From assembly GCA_965223545.1 (NCBI GenBank), contig OZ245006.1:3552001-3616000 (forward strand): DNA of 64,000 nucleotides, in the 5' to 3' direction. Positions within the stretch are counted from its first letter, which is position 1, and each line of letters starts with the position of its first letter. Shown here in pieces: positions 29,643 through 39,580 of this stretch. The stretch is from Planctomycetota bacterium. Lineage in GTDB: Bacteria; Planctomycetota; UBA1135; UBA2386. The notes beneath the pieces are model-generated. The model was not told where the DNA came from, did not search any database, and worked only from the letters and a program-made list of their open reading frames with translations. Both the position numbers and the translations under genes were made by a program.

Positions 29643-31294
29643 CGCCACATCCCGTCGTCGTCAACGAATAGAAGGCCCAGGTTGCGCAGCAGGCGCAGAC
29701 TCTGGATGAAGTGATCGGCCTTCAGGTTGATCAGCGCGTTGCGCGCGTTGACCAATGACTGCCGTGCATCGAGCAGGTCGCGGTTCTCGAGCTCACCGGC
29801 CTCGTACCGGATGGTGTTGATCGCCACTGCTTTCTCCTGCTGCTCGATCTGCTCGTGCTGCAGGATGATGCGCTTCTCGACGCTGCGCAGCTGGCGCAGC
29901 TGATCGCGCACGTCGAGATCGAGGTTCTCCAACCGCAGCTGGAACGCGCGCTCGGCCTGTTCGAGGCCGATGAGCGCGTTGCGGTAGCTGTTGCGCTCCG
30001 GCTTGCGCTGCAGCGGGATTTCCATGCTGATCCCCGCGGAGAGGTCCCAGTCGTCCGGCGAGGCGCCGCGCAGCCGGTCGTCCCCGCCGATGAAATTGGC
30101 ACCGACGCTGAGGCTGACGTCCGGCAGCAGGCTGTTCTCGGCGATCCGCACTCCGCGCCGCACATCCTCCAGCTGCTCGCGCTCGGTGAGCAGGTCGAGG
30201 CGATTGTTGCGCGCGGCGCGCACCGCCGACTCGACGTCGATCCGCACCGGATCGAACGGCGGCTCCTCGTCGACCAACTCGATCACCGCGGAGTCGGGCA
30301 GGCCGAGGTAGATCTTGAACTCCTCGATCGCGCGCTCGAAGCGGGCGCGCGCGTCGATGAGAGCGTCCTCGGCATCGATCTCGCGCGTGCGCGCGCGGAA
30401 CAGGTCCTGCTCCTTGATCCGGTCGACCTGCAGCAGAGCCTCGGCCTTCTGACGGTCGAAGACGGCTTGCTCGAAGTTCGCCTCTTCGTTGACCAAGGTC
30501 TTCTTCTGGCTGACCAGGTTGAAGAACCGCTGGGCGGTGTCGATCGAGAAGTCCTGCCGGAAGAGCTCGAAGTCGCGCACCGAGTAGACCAGGGAGCGCT
30601 CGGCCTGGGTCAGCGCCTCGTGCGAGATGTCGTAGCCGAAACCGCGCAGCAGGGGCTGGGTCAGATTGACGCCGACCGCCGAGCCGTAGCTCTGCTCGGC
30701 GCCGAACCCGATCCCCGCATCGCCCAGCGTGCGCGAGAGCGAGCCGTCGACCCCCACCGTGCCGCCAGTCGGCAGGATCTGACTCACGCCGAGGCGGCTG
30801 GAGATCGACGTCGAACGCGACCGGCTCTCGTCGACGCCATAGCCCGCACTGACCTGGCCATTGATCTGCGGGCCGAAGTTGAACCTGGTCAACGTGTGGC
30901 TCAAGCCAGCTTGGTAGAGCGATTCCCGCCGCCCCTTGAAGCCGCGATTGCTGGCCACCGCGATGCGCAACGCCTCCTCGAGGTCGACGACGTAGACCGC
31001 TTCTTGCGGTACCGCGTCCGCCGCGGCCACCCCAGCCGCCTCGTCCTCGGACTCCTGGTGGGGCACCTCCTCTTCGGAGAGCTCCTCTTCTGCCGGTTCC
31101 TCTTCCGGCGGTGCCTCTTCTGGAAGGGGCTCGGGCTCGATCAGGGTCGCGCGGCGCTCCGCCTCCATCACGCGAGTCGTCGGCTCCAGCACCGACGCCA
31201 CCTCGGCATCGGCGTCTTCGACCCACGCGGAGACGCCACAGCCAGAGGCGACCAGGGACAAAGGTACGACAGCGAGCCGGCAGACGGGGTTCAT
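29639..31294 (-). CDS. TolC family outer membrane protein (lipoprotein)
   Basis: Lipobox ASGC; LTQPLLRGFG, NRLDL, RYEAGELENRDLLDA; first gene of the exporter operon. Confidence 0.9.
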   Translation of the reverse strand: MNPVCRLAVVPLSLVASGCGVSAWVEDADAEVASVLEPTTRVMEAERRATLIEPEPLPEEAPPEEEPAEEELSEEEVPHQESEDEAAGVAAADAVPQEAVYVVDLEEALRIAVASNRGFKGRRESLYQAGLSHTLTRFNFGPQINGQVSAGYGVDESRSRSTSISSRLGVSQILPTGGTVGVDGSLSRTLGDAGIGFGAEQSYGSAVGVNLTQPLLRGFGYDISHEALTQAERSLVYSVRDFELFRQDFSIDTAQRFFNLVSQKKTLVNEEANFEQAVFDRQKAEALLQVDRIKEQDLFRARTREIDAEDALIDARARFERAIEEFKIYLGLPDSAVIELVDEEPPFDPVRIDVESAVRAARNNRLDLLTEREQLEDVRRGVRIAENSLLPDVSLSVGANFIGGDDRLRGASPDDWDLSAGISMEIPLQRKPERNSYRNALIGLEQAERAFQLRLENLDLDVRDQLRQLRSVEKRIILQHEQIEQQEKAVAINTIRYEAGELENRDLLDARQSLVNARNALINLKADHFIQSLRLLRNLGLLFVDDDGMWR

Positions 31295-31505
31295 GCACGA
31301 CCTTGGCGGAGGGGACGACCCGCAGTGGACGCCCCGCGGGACTGCGAACTTCCCTGCCGACACAAACGTTGCGTCCGCAGCGGAGCAGACGGGCGCCGGC
31401 GCAATCGCCAACGGATACGGTAGGTCGTATACAGCAGGGGCAGGGGTCCTCGCGAGGTGGGTGCGAGCAGCAGGACGTCAGGCCTAACCCATCGTCAACG
31501 CAGAG

Positions 31506-31724
31506 TTACCAAGAAGGTTCGCCGTCGGCCTCGCCAGCGCGCAGGGCGCGCACCCGACGCTCCGCCGAACGGCCGGCACGACGGACGATTTCCAGGGCGC
31601 GCCGCGCCGCGTCCGCATCCGGTGCGGCCAGCGCCAGCTCCGCCTGCACCTCGATGGTCCCCAGCAGGTTGTTGATCGCGTGCACCAACGCGCGCACGCG
31701 GCGGTCTTCGACCGGATCGCCCAT
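31506..31724 (-). CDS. Stand-alone HisKA/DHp-like small protein
   Basis: 72 aa; RALVHAINNLLGTIEVQAELAL resembles an H-box followed by a second helix. Confidence 0.6.
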   Translation of the reverse strand: MGDPVEDRRVRALVHAINNLLGTIEVQAELALAAPDADAARRALEIVRRAGRSAERRVRALRAGEADGEPSW

Positions 31725-31852
31725 CCGCTGCATCCTACCGCCACCGACCGCCGCGGCCGAGTGCCGCAACCATCATCACGCCTGTCGAGCAACGCGGCAG
31801 GGAAGTGGGTGACGCGCACCCCACAACCCCCACATGTGGCGGTGCGAGCGCT

Positions 31853-31868
31853 TGGCACTCGGCTTGCT
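31853..31868 (+). promoter_or_regulatory. Sigma54 -24/-12 promoter
   Basis: TGGCAC-TCGGC-TTGCT matches TGGCAC-N5-TTGCW exactly, 17 bp before the fliO-like ATG. Confidence 0.8.
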
Positions 31869-31884
31869 AGACCGACAGGCGCCC

Positions 31885-32430
31885 ATGCATTGGCGCAAGA
31901 ACTCCCCCTGGCTACTGATCCCCCCGGCACTCGCCGTGGCCCTGGTCATCGGCCCACGATCACCGCTGACCGAAGCCGAACCCGCGCCGGCGGCCGCGGC
32001 CGACCCCTACGACCCGAGCCTGTGGTTCGCCCTCGCCGCCACCGGCGCGGCGCTGCTCTTCGTCGGCATCCTGCTGCGGCGACGACCGGCACCAGCGCCG
32101 CGGACTTCCCCCACCAGTGGCGCGCTTCGCCTGGACGACAGCCTCAGTCTGTCGAAGACCGCGCGCATCCACGCGGTGCAGTTCGGTGCGCGGCTGTTGA
32201 TCGTCGGCGAGTGTCGCGGCCGCCTCAGTGTGTTGGCGGAAGATGAGGCGAGCGCTGCCGCCGAAGACCACTCCGGCGCCGAGCCCATCGACCTCGTGAT
32301 CCCGCGCCGCGACGCGCGGGCTGCGCCCGCGGCGCAACGCCCACGCACCGCCTCGCGCAGTCCGAAGACCGCCGAGCTGACGGATCTCGCCAAGCTCCTG
32401 GACCTGGCCGGGGTCGATGCCACCTCTTGA
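31885..32430 (+). CDS. fliO: FliO-like flagellar biosynthesis protein
   Basis: TM helix followed by LRLDDSLSLSKTARIHAVQFGARLLIVGE; flagellar context. Confidence 0.65.
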   Translation: MHWRKNSPWLLIPPALAVALVIGPRSPLTEAEPAPAAAADPYDPSLWFALAATGAALLFVGILLRRRPAPAPRTSPTSGALRLDDSLSLSKTARIHAVQFGARLLIVGECRGRLSVLAEDEASAAAEDHSGAEPIDLVIPRRDARAAPAAQRPRTASRSPKTAELTDLAKLLDLAGVDATS

Positions 32431-33409
32431 ACATCCGCAGCGCGACCCCGTGCGCCAGCGCTACTTCTTCGGCACAACCCTGCGCCATGCGCTCGCCGCC
32501 GCCCACGCCGAGTGCGGCAAGGACGCCCTCTTGCTGCGCACCTTGCCGGGCCCGCGCGGCTATGTCGTCATCGTCCGCCCGGCCGCGGCGCCGCCCTCGA
32601 CACAACAGACCGAGGAGCCGACGGTCGAGATTCCGCGGTTGCCGCGCGCGACCGGGCCCGAAGCCGCCCTGTTGCGCCAGGGCCGCGCGTTCGGCATGAG
32701 CACCGCTCTCCTGGATGCGCTGCGCACCGCGTTGGGTCCCGGCGACGACGTCGACCACGCGGCCGCCACCGCCGCCCTTTCGCACCTGCTGCCGACCTGC
32801 AAGCTGGCGCTGCCGCAGTTCCACACCACGGTCTTGGTCGGACCCAGCGGCGCCGGCAAGAGCGCCACCGCGACCAAGCTCGCCGTGGCCGCGGCCGCCG
32901 CCGGCGAGCGTGCGGTGTTGCTGCGTCTCGACCCGACCGCGCGCGCCGCTTGGCGCGAGCACGCGGCCACCGCATCGGCGCACTACGCGGTGGCGACCGT
33001 GGCCGACATCGAAGGCGCACTACGCCTGCGGCGCGCCCACGAGGACGTGCAGCGCTGGATCGTCGACACCGAAGCGCTGCGCCCGCGACGCCCGACCGCG
33101 GTGTCCGCGATGGCACGCCAGCTCGAGCCACTGCGCCCCGCGACGGTCGTGTGCTTGCCCGCGACCCACCGCCCCGCCGATGCGGCCGCGGTGCTCACTG
33201 CCGCCACGCCGCTGGCGCCGGCCGCAGCCGTGGTCACGAAGTGGGACGAGACCAGCCAGCCGGGCGAGATCCTGTCGCTGCTGGCCGAGGCAGAGCTGCC
33301 CTTGTCCCACGTCGCGGTCGGCCCCGACCCGCACACGGACTTGGTGCACGCCGATGCTCGGGTCCTCGCCGAGTGTGTCCTCCGCCGCCCCGCCGAGGCC
33401 CCCGCATGA
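32417..33409 (+). CDS. flhF: FlhF-like SRP-family GTPase
   Basis: N-terminal FFG..LRHAL...ECGKDALLLRT, GPSGAGKSAT, VTKWDE; directly upstream of flhG. Confidence 0.8.
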   Translation: MPPLEHPQRDPVRQRYFFGTTLRHALAAAHAECGKDALLLRTLPGPRGYVVIVRPAAAPPSTQQTEEPTVEIPRLPRATGPEAALLRQGRAFGMSTALLDALRTALGPGDDVDHAAATAALSHLLPTCKLALPQFHTTVLVGPSGAGKSATATKLAVAAAAAGERAVLLRLDPTARAAWREHAATASAHYAVATVADIEGALRLRRAHEDVQRWIVDTEALRPRRPTAVSAMARQLEPLRPATVVCLPATHRPADAAAVLTAATPLAPAAAVVTKWDETSQPGEILSLLAEAELPLSHVAVGPDPHTDLVHADARVLAECVLRRPAEAPA

Positions 33410-34218
33410 GCCGCCGCACTCCGTGGCTGGCGATCGCCGGGGCCAAGGGCGGCGTTGGCAAGACGACGATCGCCGTCAATCTCGCCATCCTAGCGGCACG
33501 TCAGGGCTACGCCCCGCTGCTCGTCGACCTCGACCCGGGCCTCGCCAACGTCGACGTCTTTCTGCGACGCGCGCCATCGGCCACGCTCGACGATGTGCTG
33601 TGCGGAGACGTCGACATCGAGCACGCCGTGTTCGACGGTCCCGCGGGGATCCGCGTGCTGACCGGGCGCAGCGGCTCGACCCGGCTTGTGCGCGACGCCG
33701 CGGCGCGGACGCGGCTGTTCGCCGCGCTGCAGCGGGCGGCCGAGGACTACGATCTCGTGGTGTGCGACACCGGTGCCGGCATCGGTCCGGCGGTGACGGA
33801 CACGCTGCGGCGCGCGACGCACAACCTCGCGGTGACGACCCCGGACCCCGCGGCCGTGACGGACACCTACGCGCTGATCAAGTTGCTGCGCGCGCTGCGC
33901 GCGCCGACCCCGGCGGTGGTCTTCAACCGCGTCGACGGCCGGGCGCAGGCGCTGCGCTGCGCCGCCAAGCTCGGCGGGGTGGTCGAGCAGTTCTTGGGGC
34001 AGATCTCGCCGTGCGCCGGCTGGTTGAGCGAATCGGAGTCGGTGCGCGCAGCGACGGCCGCGCAGCGGCCGTTCGTGCTGGATGCGGTGCCCGATTGCGC
34101 GGCCACGCGCGAGCTGGCCGCGGTGACCGCGAGCGCGCTCTCGCGCACGGCGGGACTGCGCCGCGCCACCACCGCCACGGGTGCACGCGGTGCGGTGTTC
34201 GGCCCGAGCATGTCGTGA
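33406..34218 (+). CDS. flhG: FlhG/FleN MinD-like ATPase
   Basis: KGGVGKTT, DLDPGLANVD, DTGAGI, TTPDPAAVTDTYALIK; ATGA overlap. Confidence 0.9.
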   Translation: MSRRTPWLAIAGAKGGVGKTTIAVNLAILAARQGYAPLLVDLDPGLANVDVFLRRAPSATLDDVLCGDVDIEHAVFDGPAGIRVLTGRSGSTRLVRDAAARTRLFAALQRAAEDYDLVVCDTGAGIGPAVTDTLRRATHNLAVTTPDPAAVTDTYALIKLLRALRAPTPAVVFNRVDGRAQALRCAAKLGGVVEQFLGQISPCAGWLSESESVRAATAAQRPFVLDAVPDCAATRELAAVTASALSRTAGLRRATTATGARGAVFGPSMS

Positions 34219-34321
34219 TCCGCGGCCTCCGGACGTCCGCTGAAGAGCCGCGGGCGTTCTGCCTGGCCCTGGGTCGGAACAACCGCGCTATTCTCCACTC
34301 GGTTCAACAGACGAGGTCTCG

Positions 34322-34798
34322 ATGCATCTTCTCCTGCGCACCGGTCTCACCGGACTCGTCCTCGCCGGACTCGCGACCACCGCGGTCGCCCAATGCCCGG
34401 CGGGAGCTTCGTTCAACAAGTACGGCGCCACCTGCACGTTCTTCGGTCAGGCCGGCGTCCTCGACGGCAAGTACGACCCCGCGTCGTGCACACTGCGCCT
34501 GCAGTTCTCCGCCTCGACCACGTGCTGCAACACGTTTCCCGCGGCGCAGGCCCTGCTGATCGGCGCCCAGCCGGTCACCCCCGGCGTGCCCCACCCGGCG
34601 CTGGTGCGCGGTTGCGAGCTCGCGGTGCTGCCGCTGGTGACGGTGGTCGTCGCCGGCCACAGCCAACCCTTCGATCTCCGCGTGCCGGCGATCGGCACAG
34701 CGACGATCTACGCGCAAGGGGTGACCGACTACTTCACGACGATCGGCTTCAGCCACGACTACCAGACCACGCAAGGGCTGCAGATCGACTTCCGGTAG
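34322..34798 (+). CDS. Small secreted Cys-rich protein consisting of the shared C-terminal-type domain
   Basis: GAGG RBS; signal peptide AVA-Q; YGATC...GCEL...LRVP...IYAQG...TQGLQIDF. Confidence 0.8.
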   Translation: MHLLLRTGLTGLVLAGLATTAVAQCPAGASFNKYGATCTFFGQAGVLDGKYDPASCTLRLQFSASTTCCNTFPAAQALLIGAQPVTPGVPHPALVRGCELAVLPLVTVVVAGHSQPFDLRVPAIGTATIYAQGVTDYFTTIGFSHDYQTTQGLQIDFR

Positions 34799-34832
34799 CG
34801 TGCCGCGCGGGCGCGGCGGCTACGATCCGCGC

Positions 34833-37800
34833 ATGGCGCGCCCGCTCCTCTTCGCTCTAGCGCTCGCCATCCCCGGGATCCCGGCGGACGCGCGCGCCCA
34901 GCAAACGCCGCACTGGGTCTGGCATCCGACGCCCACTGAGCACGTCGCCCTGCGCCGCGCGTTCTCGCTGCCGGCCGATGCCGTCGAGGCGCGGCTGTGG
35001 GCGACGGCCGACAACCACGTCGACGTGTGGCTCAACGGCGGGTTCGTGCTGCGCGGCGACGTCTGGGAAGAGGTCGGCTCCGTCGCGTTGGATCAACTGA
35101 GCGCCGGGGCCAACACCATTCTGGTGCTGGCGAAGAACGAAGGGGGGCCGGCGGCCGCCGCGGTGCGGCTCTGGGCGCGGTTGGCGGACGGCACCGAGTG
35201 GGAGCTTTGCACCGATGGCGACTGGCAATGCACGGACACGCCGCCGGACGATCCCTCGACGCCCGCCGACGGCAGCGAGTGGCGGGCCGTCGCGGTGCTC
35301 GGCGCGGTCGGCGATCCCAACCTGCCGTGGACGGCCGTCGAAGCCGCCGACTTTGCGCGCGACCCGGCGGCGGTGCAGACACAAGCACCGACTCCCGCCG
35401 AGGGGATCGAACTGCTACCGGGCTTCGCGGTCGAACGGCTGTATGCCGTCGACCGCGCGACCCAGGGCTCGTGGGTCTCGCTGGCGCGCGGGCCCGCCGG
35501 CACCCTGGTGGCGAGTGATCAGCGCGGCAAGGGTCTGTTTCGCATCCAGCCGGCCACCCTCGGCGACCCCGCCGCGCTGACCACCGTCCAGCGCCTGCCG
35601 ATCCAGCTCGAACGCGCACAGGGCATGGTGTGGGCGTTCGACAGCCTGTACGCGGTCGTCAACGGCGCCGACTCCGGCCTGTACCGCGCGCGCGACGGCG
35701 ATGGCGACGGCGAGCTCGACACCGTGGAGCAGCTCACCGCACTCGACGGCAGCGGCGAGCACGGCCCGCACGGCGTCGTCGTCACCCCGGACGGCGAAGC
35801 GCTGATGATCGCCTGCGGCAACCACACAGCGGTGCCGACCGATGCCGTGCGGCGCAGTCGCATCCCGATGACCTGGGGCGAGGACCTGCTGCTGCCGCGC
35901 CTGTGGGACGCGCGCGGCCACGCGCGCGGCCGGCTTGCACCAGGCGGCTTCATCTGTCGCGTCAGCCCGGACGGACAAGACTGGGAGATCCACAGCGTCG
36001 GCTACCGCAATCAGTACGACCTGGCGTTCTCCGCCGACGGCGAGCTGTTCACCTTCGACGCCGACATGGAGTGGGACATGGGGATGCCTTGGTACCGTCC
36101 GACGCGCATCTGCCACGTCGTCAGCGGCAGCGAGTTCGGTTGGCGCGCAGGCTCGGGAAAGTGGCCGGCGGATTCTCCCGACTCGCTGCCCGCCGCGGTG
36201 GAGATCGGACCCGGCTCGCCGACGGGAGTCGTGTTCGGTACCGACGCGGCATTTCCCGCGGCCTACCGGCGCGCGCTGTTCGCCCTCGACTGGACCTTCG
36301 GCACCGTCTGGGCGGTCCATCTGGAGGCTCATGGCGGCAGCTATCGCGGCACTGCCGAGCCGTTCGCCACCGGCGCTCCCCTGCCGGTGTGCGACGCGGT
36401 GGTGGGCACCGATGGCGCGCTCTATCTCGTCACCGGCGGCCGCGGCGTCGCCTCGGCGCTGTACCGCGTGTCCTGGCAGGGCGAAGCGGGCGCCGCGCCG
36501 GCAGCCTCGCCCCCGACGCCGGAGGCCGCACTGCGGCGGTCGCTGGAGCGCTTTCACGGCGTCGCCGACGCGGCGGCCATCGACGCGGCGTGGCCGCATC
36601 TCGGCCACCGCGATCGCCACGTCCGCTATGCCGCACGACTGGCGGTGGAAGCCCAGCCGGTCTCGCGCTGGAGCGCGCGCGCGCTCGACGAACGCGATCC
36701 GGCGCGCAGCGCCCACGCGCTGCTGGCGCTGGCGCGTTTTGGCGATTCCCCGCTGTTGCCAGGGCTGCTCGCCGCCGCCCGCCGCATCGACCTGGCCGCC
36801 GCGGACGACATCGTGCAGCACGCGGCGCTGCGCGCGCTGGCGCTCGCCGCGATCCGGATGGGTCCGCTCGACGAGCCCACGTTGAACGATCTGCGCGCGC
36901 ACTTGGCCGGGCTACCGCCACCACGCGGCGACAGCGCCCGGGCGTTGTGGGTCGAGCTGCGGGTGTACGCGCGCGACCCGGCCATCGTCCCCGTCGCGGT
37001 CGCGACGCTCGCGCCACTGCGCGCGGACGCACCGCCGGCCTGGGGCGCGCTGATCGAGCGCAACGACTCCTACGGCGCGCCGATCCGGCGCATGCTCGAC
37101 GCCATGCCACCCGTCATGCAGCTGCAGACTGCGCTGACACTGCGTGTCGCGCGAGAGGGTTGGGACCCCGCGCTGCGCCGGCAGTACTTCGAGTTCTTGG
37201 CGGCGGCGGGCGACCGGCCGGGCGGCTCGAGCTACCAGGGATTCGTGCAGATGATACGCAACGAGGCGCTCGCCGAGTGCAGCGAGACCGAGCGCGAAGC
37301 GTTGGCTGCGTTGTTGGTCGGCGATGGTCCACCGCGCGAGCCGCCGGCCGCGATCGAGTGGAGCGGCGTACGACACGATTGGACGCTCGAGAACGCCGCG
37401 GCGAGCGTCGACGGCGCGCTGCGCAAGCGGGACTTCGAGCGGGGGCGCGCGCTGTTCTTCGCCGCCGCGTGCGCCGCCTGCCACCGCTTCGACGGCGAGG
37501 GCGGCAGCGTCGGCCCCGACCTCACCAGCGCCGGCAATCGCTTTTCGACCGAGGATCTGCTGGAGGCGATCATCGACCCCAGCGCGGCGATCTCCGACCA
37601 GTACGAGTCGGCCATCGTGTTCTGCACCGACGGGCGGGCGGTGTTCGGCCGCGTCGTGGAGACCGAGGACGGCGACGTGCTGGTCTATCCGCCGGTACCG
37701 ATGGCGCCGCCGGTGCGCATCGCCGAGGGCGAGGTCGATCGGATCCAGCCATCGCCCATCTCGCAGATGCCGCCGGACCTGCTCGCACCGCTCGACGAGG

Positions 37801-37868
37801 AAGATCTGCGCGACCTCGTCGCCTACCTGCTGTCGCGCGCCAACGCCGACGACGGCATGTTCCGCTGA
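34833..37868 (+). CDS. PVC-type heme-binding protein (sugar dehydrogenase-like propeller + HEAT repeats + cytochrome c)
   Basis: GYRNQYD, DADMEWD.GMPWYRPTR, GPGSPTG, CAACH, GPDLT, SQMPPDL. Confidence 0.9.
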   Translation: MARPLLFALALAIPGIPADARAQQTPHWVWHPTPTEHVALRRAFSLPADAVEARLWATADNHVDVWLNGGFVLRGDVWEEVGSVALDQLSAGANTILVLAKNEGGPAAAAVRLWARLADGTEWELCTDGDWQCTDTPPDDPSTPADGSEWRAVAVLGAVGDPNLPWTAVEAADFARDPAAVQTQAPTPAEGIELLPGFAVERLYAVDRATQGSWVSLARGPAGTLVASDQRGKGLFRIQPATLGDPAALTTVQRLPIQLERAQGMVWAFDSLYAVVNGADSGLYRARDGDGDGELDTVEQLTALDGSGEHGPHGVVVTPDGEALMIACGNHTAVPTDAVRRSRIPMTWGEDLLLPRLWDARGHARGRLAPGGFICRVSPDGQDWEIHSVGYRNQYDLAFSADGELFTFDADMEWDMGMPWYRPTRICHVVSGSEFGWRAGSGKWPADSPDSLPAAVEIGPGSPTGVVFGTDAAFPAAYRRALFALDWTFGTVWAVHLEAHGGSYRGTAEPFATGAPLPVCDAVVGTDGALYLVTGGRGVASALYRVSWQGEAGAAPAASPPTPEAALRRSLERFHGVADAAAIDAAWPHLGHRDRHVRYAARLAVEAQPVSRWSARALDERDPARSAHALLALARFGDSPLLPGLLAAARRIDLAAADDIVQHAALRALALAAIRMGPLDEPTLNDLRAHLAGLPPPRGDSARALWVELRVYARDPAIVPVAVATLAPLRADAPPAWGALIERNDSYGAPIRRMLDAMPPVMQLQTALTLRVAREGWDPALRRQYFEFLAAAGDRPGGSSYQGFVQMIRNEALAECSETEREALAALLVGDGPPREPPAAIEWSGVRHDWTLENAAASVDGALRKRDFERGRALFFAAACAACHRFDGEGGSVGPDLTSAGNRFSTEDLLEAIIDPSAAISDQYESAIVFCTDGRAVFGRVVETEDGDVLVYPPVPMAPPVRIAEGEVDRIQPSPISQMPPDLLAPLDEEDLRDLVAYLLSRANADDGMFR

Positions 37869-37910
37869 TCGCGCTCAGCGGGGCCGTGCAGGCGCACGGC
37901 GAGAGCGCTG

Positions 37911-38918
37911 CTAAGCGTCGCAGTCGACCCGCAGGCCGTTGGACGAGCGGATGCGCACCGCGGTCGTGCCCGCCTGGAACGGCAGGGCCTGCATGTAGCC
38001 CGTGCCACCCAATGGTCCCGGCGTGGGCACGCGCAGATTGGCCTCGCCGTTGGCGTCGGAGCGCACCAGGACCAGCGCGAGCGGATTGGCGAGCAGCGGG
38101 CATTGGGTTCCCGGGATCGGGAAGTTGATCGGGCGATCGCCGAAGACGAGGGCAACTCCCGCGTTGGGGAAGCCACCCGTCAACTTGAACGTGAACACGT
38201 GCTGGTTGTTCACGATCCGGTCGGCGCCGGTCAGCACCGGCCCGCAGCCCCGGCCGTACGGCGTGATGACGCACGCCGAGTCGGGCTGGTACTGCACCGC
38301 CAGGTCCAGCCGATAACTGCTGGAGAGCACGAACGGCGAGCTGTCGGCGAGGCCGTGGGTAGTGATGACCGCGGCCACCCCTAGGGCACCATTGACCTTG
38401 ATCGATGCGCGCTGCGTGGTGCCATCGACCGCGGCACGGTACTCGGGGTTGCCGTCGCCATCGACGTCGACCTCGACGCCGGCGCGCGCCGAGGCGGAGG
38501 CATCCCCCGACAGCACGATCAGGAGGTGCCCCTGCACTGCGCCGGCGAGGCCCATGCGGAAAGAATGCGGTGCCGCGGTGATTTGCAGCGGCGCGGTCGA
38601 CGTCGTCGTGCCCGCGCGCACGGTCTGCGCCCCGGTGCGCGTTGCAGTGCCGGTCTCGATGATGCGCACGCCCAAGGTCGAGGGCGAGATCGACAGCGGC
38701 GACGCGGTCGTGGTGGCGTCGGTGCGGCCGACGCTCGCCTTGAGCACCAACGGCGCGGCGATCGGCACGCCGCCGGCGACCTGCTTCAAGTCGAGCACGG
38801 CTCCGTCTTGCGCGAACACACCGACGACGGACTCGGTGGAGAAGCGCAGGGTAGGACCTTGCGCGATCGCGATGCTCGCCACGGCGCACACCGCGGCGGT
38901 GATTCGAACTGTGTACAT
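37911..38918 (-). CDS. Secreted protein with YGRGC-type C-terminal domain
   Basis: Signal peptide AIA-Q; DVDGDG Ca-binding-like motif; C-terminal YGRGC...C...SDANG..YMQA..SNGLRV. Confidence 0.8.
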   Translation of the reverse strand: MYTVRITAAVCAVASIAIAQGPTLRFSTESVVGVFAQDGAVLDLKQVAGGVPIAAPLVLKASVGRTDATTTASPLSISPSTLGVRIIETGTATRTGAQTVRAGTTTSTAPLQITAAPHSFRMGLAGAVQGHLLIVLSGDASASARAGVEVDVDGDGNPEYRAAVDGTTQRASIKVNGALGVAAVITTHGLADSSPFVLSSSYRLDLAVQYQPDSACVITPYGRGCGPVLTGADRIVNNQHVFTFKLTGGFPNAGVALVFGDRPINFPIPGTQCPLLANPLALVLVRSDANGEANLRVPTPGPLGGTGYMQALPFQAGTTAVRIRSSNGLRVDCDA

Positions 38919-39090
38919 GGATTGATCTCCGAGGGGATGCCGGATCGATTGCCGCGGGTCAGCCGTCGTGGCAATCCGGTTCGCGGATCCCGCGGTCGCG
39001 ATCTCGAGGACTGTTGTGCGCAGTGCGGCAAATCGCCGGCGTGATCGACGGATTTTCGCGAGTCGCCTTTGTCACCGGCAACGCACTAAG

Positions 39091-39543
39091 ATGACCGGCG
39101 CCGCCATGCCGACTCCCGAGCCGCCACCCGATTCGAGCGCGAGCAACGCGCCGTTCGACGACGCCGCACTGCAAGCCGCGCGGCGCGATCTGCGCAACCG
39201 CCGGCTGCAACACCCGGGCCTGCCGCTCACGCCGCTGATCAACACCTACCGCGCCGAGCTCGCCGCGGTCGGCCGGGACGTCGCGATCCCCGACGGCGCC
39301 ACGCGCGCACACCTCGTCCTCCTCGAAGAGGCGCGCCTCGAGACCGGTGGCGCCGAACTCGTCGTGTCGAGCGTCACCAACGACCTCGGCACGCGCATCG
39401 CGCGCGTCTCGATCGAGAGCGACGGCGTCGAGATCGCGCAGGGCGAGATCGACGGCCATCCCGTCTGCCTACCGCTGCCCGCCTGGCAGCCGACGCGCTC
39501 GGAGTGGGTCTTGCGCTTTCACAAGAACGCGGCGAAGGGGTGA
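39091..39543 (+). CDS. Hypothetical protein
   Basis: 150-aa ORF with GC-typical codon usage between flanking genes. Confidence 0.6.
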   Translation: MTGAAMPTPEPPPDSSASNAPFDDAALQAARRDLRNRRLQHPGLPLTPLINTYRAELAAVGRDVAIPDGATRAHLVLLEEARLETGGAELVVSSVTNDLGTRIARVSIESDGVEIAQGEIDGHPVCLPLPAWQPTRSEWVLRFHKNAAKG

Positions 39544-39580
39544 GGCAGCGAAGCGAGAAAATCGAGCCGGACTCCGTACT

